32,000 nt of DNA, taken from Candidatus Saccharimonadota bacterium. GTDB lineage: Archaea; Nanobdellota; Nanobdellia; Pacearchaeales; GW2011-AR1. The stretch lies in assembly GCA_026002795.1 (NCBI GenBank), contig BPGA01000001.1, forward strand, positions 30,001 to 62,000, given 5' to 3'. Each line of letters starts with the position of its first letter. Within the stretch, counting starts at the first letter, position 1. A model generated the notes under the pieces. That model saw only the letters and a list, made by a program, of their open reading frames with translations. It searched no databases and was not told the DNA's origin. The position numbers and the translations under genes are program-made. Positions 9,782 through 16,277 of the stretch are shown here, piece by piece.

Positions 9782-10629
9782 TTTTTCAACCTTTTCAAAC
9801 CTAATTTAATGTAATCAGGATTTATCTCAATCCCTATTGAATTTCTATTTAATTCTTTTGCAACAGCAGATAAAGTGAATGTGCCTGCAAATGGATCTAA
9901 TAGTATGTCATTCTTGTTGCTGCTTACTTTAACGAATATTCTCAAAAGTTCTAAAGGTAACTGGCATGGATGTTTTTTATTAAATCTGTCCTTTGAAACA
10001 TTCTTAAGCAAATTTATATCTAACACATCAATCATACCTTTACTTAATTCAATTAGGTCCAAAAATCTTAATAAATCATAAGAAGTTCTTCCTTTTGAAC
10101 CGTTTTTTATACGTTCTTTTATTTTCTTGACTTCTGGATTTTTATAGTGCTGAATTATATTCTCTCTATTGAAAGTGTATTTGTTGCTTTTTGTAAAAAA
10201 TAGGATTGATCGTTGACTTCTTGTAAAATTCTTTTTAGAGTGTCCTATATTTGTCGGGTAGTGCCATGTTATCCAACGCCTAAATTTAAGCTTTAATTCA
10301 TCTTCTATAAATGGTAGAAGCCTTGCATTAATTTCAGGATAGTTAATTAAATAGAAAGATCCTGTGTTTTTTAACAACCTAGCACATTCTTTTAACCATA
10401 TCCTACATTCAGCAAAATATTCTTCTTTTCTTTTTCTGTCTTTAGAATAAGGACCATAATCTAAACCAACATTATATGGCGGATCAGTAATAATAAGATC
10501 TATATTGCATCCTTTTATATTTTTTAAAATTTTAAGGGAATCACCATTGATGAGAAAATGAGATGTATTATTAAATCTTACCTCTTTTATTTTTCTCTTA
10601 TTTATATTTAACAATATTGAATCCTTCAT
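9778..10629 (-). CDS. Beta-class DNA methyltransferase (N6-adenine or N4-cytosine; N6_N4_Mtase family)
   Basis: 283-aa ORF with motif IV 'ITDPPYNV' near the N-terminus and 'HPCQLPLELL...DILLDPFAGTFT...SIGIEINPDY' (motif I region) at the C-terminus, i.e. beta-class order. There are ATGA overlaps with both neighbours. Confidence 0.9.
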   Translation of the reverse strand: MKDSILLNINKRKIKEVRFNNTSHFLINGDSLKILKNIKGCNIDLIITDPPYNVGLDYGPYSKDRKRKEEYFAECRIWLKECARLLKNTGSFYLINYPEINARLLPFIEDELKLKFRRWITWHYPTNIGHSKKNFTRSQRSILFFTKSNKYTFNRENIIQHYKNPEVKKIKERIKNGSKGRTSYDLLRFLDLIELSKGMIDVLDINLLKNVSKDRFNKKHPCQLPLELLRIFVKVSSNKNDILLDPFAGTFTLSAVAKELNRNSIGIEINPDYIKLGLKRLKK

Positions 10630-13600
10630 TTTATCACGATAGGTTTTTCTTTTTCCTCACTAACAAATCTTTCTATCATTTTCTGAAAATCATCAAACCA
10701 ATACTTCTTGTAACCTTCTGAGAGTTTATTTATATCCTCTGTAAATAGGAAGAGATGAACCTGCACATTAATTTTATCTTTTTGGAAGGTCTTTTTTTCA
10801 TCCTTTTCTTCAAAAATTAATTTATATCCATCTACTTTGTACTCATAATCCGTATGCTTCGTTCCCTTCGGATCAGCAAAAATTATGAAATACTTATTTT
10901 CTTTTTTAAGCCAAAAAATAAAATCTGGTTTGAATTTCTCTATTTTATTATGTGCTTTGTTGTAGTATGGAATAAAAATATTATCAAGGTATTCGTCTAA
11001 TTTACAAAACATCCACCAATCAAATGATTTAAGGATGTTATTTTCTTGTTTTATGAAATTCTCTAATTGTTCAATAAATCTTTTTTCACTTTCTACATTA
11101 ATTATGTGATTAATATAATCTATCTTTTCTTTTTCAGAAAGGATAATTGGGATGTAGTAATGGTTTAATAAATTTTTTATTCTTAATGTAGAACCATTTG
11201 TTATGAATTCTTCTTCATTAGACATCTTACTTAATTCTTTGATTTTAGAAGTATAATCATCTACACTTATCTTTTTGGCTTCCAATAACTTCTTTAATTC
11301 AGACTCTTGTTTTGAAGGATCTCTATATATCTTTACCTTATTTATTAACCCTTTCAATTTCTGCAATTCTCTTGCTTCTAGAGTTACTCTAATTCTCTTA
11401 AAGTGTACTATCTCATCTTCCACTTGCTTAAATTTATCTAAATCTTGCAAAGTTATGTTAACATGACTCATCAGTTTAGCCAATTGAGAATAAACATCGC
11501 TTCCTTTAAATGTTAAGAAATTACCATTTTTAAGAAAATCTCTTGATTTTTCAAGAGTTTTTGGATTAACATAATTTTCGTGAGAGAATAACGCATAAAT
11601 TAATCTTTCATCACCTATCCACTCTATGAAAGCTGTTAAAAGTTGCCTGTTTCCTTCAAATTTAGGAAGCTTTCCAACAGATACCACTTCTTTTCTATCT
11701 TTGTAAACAGGAATGAGTAAAATTTTATCTTTAATCTCTTTATTTTCTTCTAGCTCTATCATCTCTCCAGAAGCTTTTCTTTCATATTTTATGCTTTCCA
11801 GTATTACCTGTACATTCTTTTTATTAGTTCCAAGAACAAACAAGGTTTCTATTAAAGAGATATCTTCTTGCTCTAACTTTGAATATACTTCTTTATCAAT
11901 AATATCATTTTCTCGCTTTAATGGAAGGAGCCTTTTTCTTTTTCCTTTGATTGGCTGAATTCTTACTCCCCTACCAATTGACTGAGTAACGTATTTTTTA
12001 GCATCTCCCTTACCAATATTTATGAAAATCATTACATTTGGCCTGTTAGAATCCCACCCTTCATAAAAGGCTCTTGACCCCATTAAGATATTAACAAAAT
12101 TATTATCATGGCTTATTGTTCTAAAATAACTTTTATTCTCATAAGATTCATTAATCTCATAATTTTCCAATTTATCTTTAAGCCATTGACTAATATCTCC
12201 AATCTTTATTAAAGCAAATGGCTGATCAGACGTTTTTAGTTTAAATATAAGCTCTTCTCTATTTTGTGGAATTTTTATTACTTCAATATTTCCGAAAGAT
12301 GTAGCATTAAAAATCTGTTTAAGCAAGTCTTTTAACTTTATTTTCTTAACATCATTTTCGTTAAACAAAACGCTTTCATTCCCGAACACATATCTTGGAT
12401 GTTCTGAAAGCTCTTCAATTATCTCTTTTTTTGCCTCTTCTAATAAAGTTTTGTCAACTTTCCCCACCCCAATTTTTTCAAGTTCCTTAAAGAATATTTC
12501 TAAATCTGATTCTTCTACATTTACAGAATTTACTAACGCAACCAATAATGGGTTATGGTAATGTTTTCCTTTCAAATTATTGTCTATATTGCTTTTAGCT
12601 ATTTTGCTTAAAGTAAGAAGTATCAAAGATTTTAGGACAATCTTTTGTTTGTTTTTATCGCTAAAATCTCCTTTGTCTTTAAAAGCATTTAATTCTTGCT
12701 GTGAGAGATAAACATTCTTTCCATAACCCTTTCTAATAAAAGTGTCTAAGTTGAAGTTATAAGTAGTTGTTATTATGTCCCATACATCAGTAAATGTTGC
12801 AGAAAAATTGAATAAAAAACCATTTCTTGTTAATAAGGAGTAATAAAGCTGTCTTTTAGAATCTTCTTTATCTCCTTTATGTGCCTCATCTAATAAAACG
12901 AACCATCTTCCATTATTTTCTATATCCTCAAATCCCAGAAGTTTTTCTTTGGTTTCTTCTGAAATTAAATCTGAACGGTAAATGAAAATGTTGATATGTT
13001 CTTTAAATGCTAAAATATTTCCTCTTTTAACATCGTCATATTTGTTTAACTCCCATACTTTTATTTTTCTTGTTGCTTTCTTATTAAATTCATCTATATG
13101 TTGTTTTATCTGATCAATTAAATCTTCTCTATGTGTTAAGATGAGAATGTCATTATCTGGGATTAATCCAGATTGTTTTAGTTTGTCGAGTAATTCTATT
13201 AATTTTATTAAGATAACTGTTTTTCCTGAACCTGTTGCCATCCAAAAACTCATTCTATTAACAAAATGCAAGAAATGTATCTTTTCATGAGAATTTTCTT
13301 CAATTATCGGATAGTATTGCTTTAATTTGCTAAAAAGCAATTTATTTGTCTTTCTAGTTGTTATACCAAGAGAATCTGCTAGTTCTCTTTCAAACTTTCT
13401 TATCTCATTAAAGAATTTCTTTTTTCTTTCAATATTTGCTAATTCATCTTCCCCTTTCTGAAATTTTTGTAAAGAATTAAAATAATAATGGAGAAGTTTT
13501 ATAGCATTCTTAACCGCTTCTTGTTGATAATCAAATAGTGATATGTTGTCTGAGAAAGATGATAAATTTATCCTTAACCATTCTGAAGGAAGACTGTCAA

Positions 13601-13658
13601 AAGAGATTTCTTCTGCAATATCTTGGTACAGCAAGGGTGCTTTTTGTTCTTTAGGCAT
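10626..13658 (-). CDS. Res-like SF2 (DEAH) helicase fused to a C-terminal PD-(D/E)xK-like nuclease motif
   Basis: 1010-aa ORF with 'FDYQQEAV', Walker A 'MATGSGKT' (aa 140-147), 'LLDEAHKG' (DEAH at 257-260), 'FSAT', 'FYEGWDSNRPNV' and 'QSIGRGVRI'. The C-terminal 'KPDFIFW...x...FADPKG' (nt 10863-10928) looks like a restriction-endonuclease core. Confidence 0.85.
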   Translation of the reverse strand: MPKEQKAPLLYQDIAEEISFDSLPSEWLRINLSSFSDNISLFDYQQEAVKNAIKLLHYYFNSLQKFQKGEDELANIERKKKFFNEIRKFERELADSLGITTRKTNKLLFSKLKQYYPIIEENSHEKIHFLHFVNRMSFWMATGSGKTVILIKLIELLDKLKQSGLIPDNDILILTHREDLIDQIKQHIDEFNKKATRKIKVWELNKYDDVKRGNILAFKEHINIFIYRSDLISEETKEKLLGFEDIENNGRWFVLLDEAHKGDKEDSKRQLYYSLLTRNGFLFNFSATFTDVWDIITTTYNFNLDTFIRKGYGKNVYLSQQELNAFKDKGDFSDKNKQKIVLKSLILLTLSKIAKSNIDNNLKGKHYHNPLLVALVNSVNVEESDLEIFFKELEKIGVGKVDKTLLEEAKKEIIEELSEHPRYVFGNESVLFNENDVKKIKLKDLLKQIFNATSFGNIEVIKIPQNREELIFKLKTSDQPFALIKIGDISQWLKDKLENYEINESYENKSYFRTISHDNNFVNILMGSRAFYEGWDSNRPNVMIFINIGKGDAKKYVTQSIGRGVRIQPIKGKRKRLLPLKRENDIIDKEVYSKLEQEDISLIETLFVLGTNKKNVQVILESIKYERKASGEMIELEENKEIKDKILLIPVYKDRKEVVSVGKLPKFEGNRQLLTAFIEWIGDERLIYALFSHENYVNPKTLEKSRDFLKNGNFLTFKGSDVYSQLAKLMSHVNITLQDLDKFKQVEDEIVHFKRIRVTLEARELQKLKGLINKVKIYRDPSKQESELKKLLEAKKISVDDYTSKIKELSKMSNEEEFITNGSTLRIKNLLNHYYIPIILSEKEKIDYINHIINVESEKRFIEQLENFIKQENNILKSFDWWMFCKLDEYLDNIFIPYYNKAHNKIEKFKPDFIFWLKKENKYFIIFADPKGTKHTDYEYKVDGYKLIFEEKDEKKTFQKDKINVQVHLFLFTEDINKLSEGYKKYWFDDFQKMIERFVSEEKEKPIVIK

Positions 13659-14070
13659 TTTTAATCATCTTCCGAATTTCTTTAATTAAAATATTGCATT
13701 TTTCTATTGCTTCTTTGCATGTTTCAAAGTCCATTCTTTTTCCATAATAGGTTAATGAATTTCTTTTATATCTTAAGTCATCAAATAAAATAAATAAATC
13801 TTCTCTCCCCAATTTATCTTTTAAAAAATAGCCAATACAAATATGATTTAATATGTTATACCCTTCTCTAAATGCAATTGCTTGTAAAATCTCAACTATA
13901 GAAGTATAATAATCCTCAAATACAAAATTGCAGTTCTTTTCTGTTATTTCTTTAACTAATCCTATTCTATCTTCTGCTGTTTCAATTAAAGATTTTGCTC
14001 TCTCATAATCAGAAGTCGTTTTTTTAACTGATTGATTTTCAATACAATCATTCCAAGATTTTTCTTTCAT
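13651..14070 (-). CDS. HEPN-domain protein (partner of the upstream nucleotidyltransferase)
   Basis: 139-aa all-helical ORF. It sits directly downstream of a minimal NTase, which is the classic MNT-HEPN pair order. 'DDLRYKRNSLTYYG' lies where the HEPN Rx4-6H motif is expected, with Tyr in place of His. It overlaps the MNT stop (ATGA) and the helicase start (8 nt, ATGCCTAA). Confidence 0.65.
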   Translation of the reverse strand: MKEKSWNDCIENQSVKKTTSDYERAKSLIETAEDRIGLVKEITEKNCNFVFEDYYTSIVEILQAIAFREGYNILNHICIGYFLKDKLGREDLFILFDDLRYKRNSLTYYGKRMDFETCKEAIEKCNILIKEIRKMIKNA

Positions 14071-14600
14071 TTAAACACCTCAACATAGTTATTTAAAACA
14101 ATTCCGTTTAAAATATTATTAGCTAAATGAGGATTTTTAATTTCTTTAATTGTTTTATGCCTAAAAACCTGAATTTCTCTTTTCAATATATTTTCAAACT
14201 TTTCAAGATTAATTTCCTTTTTAGATGGTGTTTCAACATACAAGTCAATATCGCTTTTTTCATTATCTTCTCCCCTTGCATAAGATCCGAAAACAATTAT
14301 TACAGGATTGCTTAATTCTACTTTTAAGAAATTAACAAGGCCAGAAGTGTAAAGTGATTTTATGTTAAACAGCTTTTTCTCTAAAATAAAATTTTCATTG
14401 CTTCTGTTTGCTGTATAAAATGTCACGCTTCCTATTTTTTGCATTGTTAAAATTCCTTCTTTTTCAAGCTCTTTGCAGTATCTTATAACAGATGGTAGAG
14501 GTAATTTTAAATTTCTCTCAATTTCTCTAACCCTGAGTTTAGCAGTCGGATTAATAAAAAAATGTTCCTTAATGGTTTCTTTGATATTTTTCCTTTTCAT
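14067..14600 (-). CDS. wHTH-fused minimal nucleotidyltransferase (MNT, NTP_transf_2-like)
   Basis: 177-aa ORF with an N-terminal winged-helix-like 'VREIERNLKLPLPSVIRYCKELEKEGIL' and the NTase signature 'FGSYARGEDNEKSDIDLYV' (GSx10-SDxD). Confidence 0.85.
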   Translation of the reverse strand: MKRKNIKETIKEHFFINPTAKLRVREIERNLKLPLPSVIRYCKELEKEGILTMQKIGSVTFYTANRSNENFILEKKLFNIKSLYTSGLVNFLKVELSNPVIIVFGSYARGEDNEKSDIDLYVETPSKKEINLEKFENILKREIQVFRHKTIKEIKNPHLANNILNGIVLNNYVEVFK

Positions 14601-14613
14601 ATGATAATAAATA

Positions 14614-14632
14614 ATATCAATTGATATTTAAA
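14614..14632 (-). promoter_or_regulatory. Putative promoter/operator of the MNT-HEPN-helicase-MTase-DGQHR operon
   Basis: On the minus strand, 'TTTAAATA' (complement of 14625-14632) is centred about 28 nt upstream of the MNT ATG, implying a leaderless or near-leaderless transcript. It overlaps a perfect 14-bp palindrome, ATATCAATTGATAT (14614-14627). Palindromes of this kind are not rare in AT-rich DNA, so only the position is suggestive. Confidence 0.3.
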
Positions 14633-14663
14633 GTTATTGGTTGTTAAGATTTTCTTACTTGTG

Positions 14664-15857
14664 TTAAGATTTTTTAACACTTTTATATGTCAAAAGGTTT
14701 TTTGTAGGTTGGGTGTTTTTATCATTCCTTGTTTTATTTAAAAATACTTTTAAAATTAAATCTTTTCCATCTTGATTTATTTCTATGTTTTTTATTCTTC
14801 CTAACTTACTCAAAAACTCACTCTCAATTTTATTTCGTATTGTCCTTATAAGAGATTCTTTAATTACTCCGTCATTCAAATCATAGAGAGAAGAATAGTC
14901 TTTTAATACAAATTCAAATTTTCTCTTTTTGTTATTTATGGAACGCTCTAATTCCTTTACCATTTTTTCATCTAATACTCTTTTTATTTCTCCTCGGTCT
15001 TTTAATGTAATTGTTTTGAAAAATTCTGTTTTTAGTTTATTTTTATTTTGCACTATGCTCAATAAAATAGCCCTTCTTTTTTTCCATCTTTTCAACCAAG
15101 TTTCTAATGAGGAAATCGGCATTTTTTGATCAATAACATAAAAAGTTTTGTTAATATTTATTGCAACGGCCACATGACAAGGTATTAAAACAAAGTAAAT
15201 TTTGTTTTTGGGATATAAATTTAGTAACAAAGCAGATGTTAATTTAGCGTAGTCTCTACAAACAGCCAATCTATATTTAATTATTTCATTGGTAGATAAT
15301 GAAAATTTGAATGTGTCTTTAAGTTTAAACTCTGGATGATTTAATTTCAAGATTCTATATTTTAAGTTTAAATATAAAATTAAGGAGATTATTCCTCCAG
15401 AAGAAAGTGATAAAATAACTATTAAAAATAAATTAAATACTTTGATGGCAGAAATTGGATTTATAGTAATCAAAATTACTATAAAAGATAGAATATATGA
15501 AGTCAGGATAACCAGATAATTAAGAAATATATAAAAACTAAATACTATCCCTACAATTATTAAAATCAGTATTATTGCCCTTAACAGGATAGAGGATGGA
15601 AGTAGGATATATAATCCTGCGATAGAAAAAAATGAAAGAAAGACTAACAATATGAACATCAACCATCTCTCTTCCCAAAAATCTACATTTTTATCCTGCC
15701 ACTCTAAAATATTATTTAATGTTTCAGAATCGTTTTTTCCTTTTAATCTATTTGCTAACTTTTTAACTTCTTTATCATCAATATCTTCTTTTGTTGGAAG
15801 AAATTGTTTTTCTTGGAATTTTCTAAACAATCTAAATTTTAATAAAAATTCAAACAT
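14664..15857 (-). CDS. Multi-pass membrane protein with a C-terminal transglutaminase-like cysteine-protease core
   Basis: 397-aa ORF with about 4-5 TM helices (aa ~65-165). These are followed by 'AVCRDYAKLTSALLLNLYP' (Cys motif), 'IPCHVAVAI' (His) and 'YVIDQK' (Asp), which is the order of the transglutaminase-like triad. Confidence 0.65.
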   Translation of the reverse strand: MFEFLLKFRLFRKFQEKQFLPTKEDIDDKEVKKLANRLKGKNDSETLNNILEWQDKNVDFWEERWLMFILLVFLSFFSIAGLYILLPSSILLRAIILILIIVGIVFSFYIFLNYLVILTSYILSFIVILITINPISAIKVFNLFLIVILSLSSGGIISLILYLNLKYRILKLNHPEFKLKDTFKFSLSTNEIIKYRLAVCRDYAKLTSALLLNLYPKNKIYFVLIPCHVAVAININKTFYVIDQKMPISSLETWLKRWKKRRAILLSIVQNKNKLKTEFFKTITLKDRGEIKRVLDEKMVKELERSINNKKRKFEFVLKDYSSLYDLNDGVIKESLIRTIRNKIESEFLSKLGRIKNIEINQDGKDLILKVFLNKTRNDKNTQPTKNLLTYKSVKKS

Positions 15858-15859
15858 TT

Positions 15860-16276
15860 TTATCTCCCATCCAAAGCATCATTTACTAATTTATCTGCAT
15901 ATTGAATAAACCGATTATTTCTTTTGACATGATTGTAAATGACTTTCTCAAATGCCTTTTCTCTATCTTTTAGAATATAAAACAATTCTCTTAATTTCTC
16001 ATTCTTTATTCTATATCTTCCACTTAATTGCCTTACAACCAATTCACTATCAAGAAAACATCTAATAGTTCTCCTACAATGTGCAGTAGCCAATTCTAAA
16101 GCTTTAATTAATGCTTTATATTCTGCTTGATTATTAGTGCATTCTCCAATACACTCTTTATATTCAGCTATTTTATTTTTGTTTTCGTCAAAGAAAACTA
16201 TACCTATCGCTGCAGGTCCCGGATTACCTCTTGATCCTCCATCGGTATAAACATATAAGTTTAATATCTTAGTCAT
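15860..16276 (-). CDS. rnhA: Ribonuclease HI (type 1 RNase H, archaeal short form)
   Basis: 138-aa ORF with 'YTDGGSRGNPGPAAIG' (Asp1), 'NNQAEYKALIKALE' (Glu), 'FLDSELVVRQL' (Asp) and 'YADKLVNDA' (Asp), giving the DEDD RNase H pattern. Confidence 0.85.
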   Translation of the reverse strand: MTKILNLYVYTDGGSRGNPGPAAIGIVFFDENKNKIAEYKECIGECTNNQAEYKALIKALELATAHCRRTIRCFLDSELVVRQLSGRYRIKNEKLRELFYILKDREKAFEKVIYNHVKRNNRFIQYADKLVNDALDGR

Positions 16277-16277
16277 T

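Noticed and set aside
9875-11958. Plus-strand ORFs 9875-10081, 11275-11466 and 11713-11958 inside the MTase and helicase genes
   Set aside because: They are antisense to genes with clear catalytic motifs and have no features of their own.
14127-15909. Plus-strand ORFs 14127-14315, 14929-15129 and 15652-15909
   Set aside because: They are antisense to the MNT, transglutaminase-like and RNase HI genes, with low-complexity translations.
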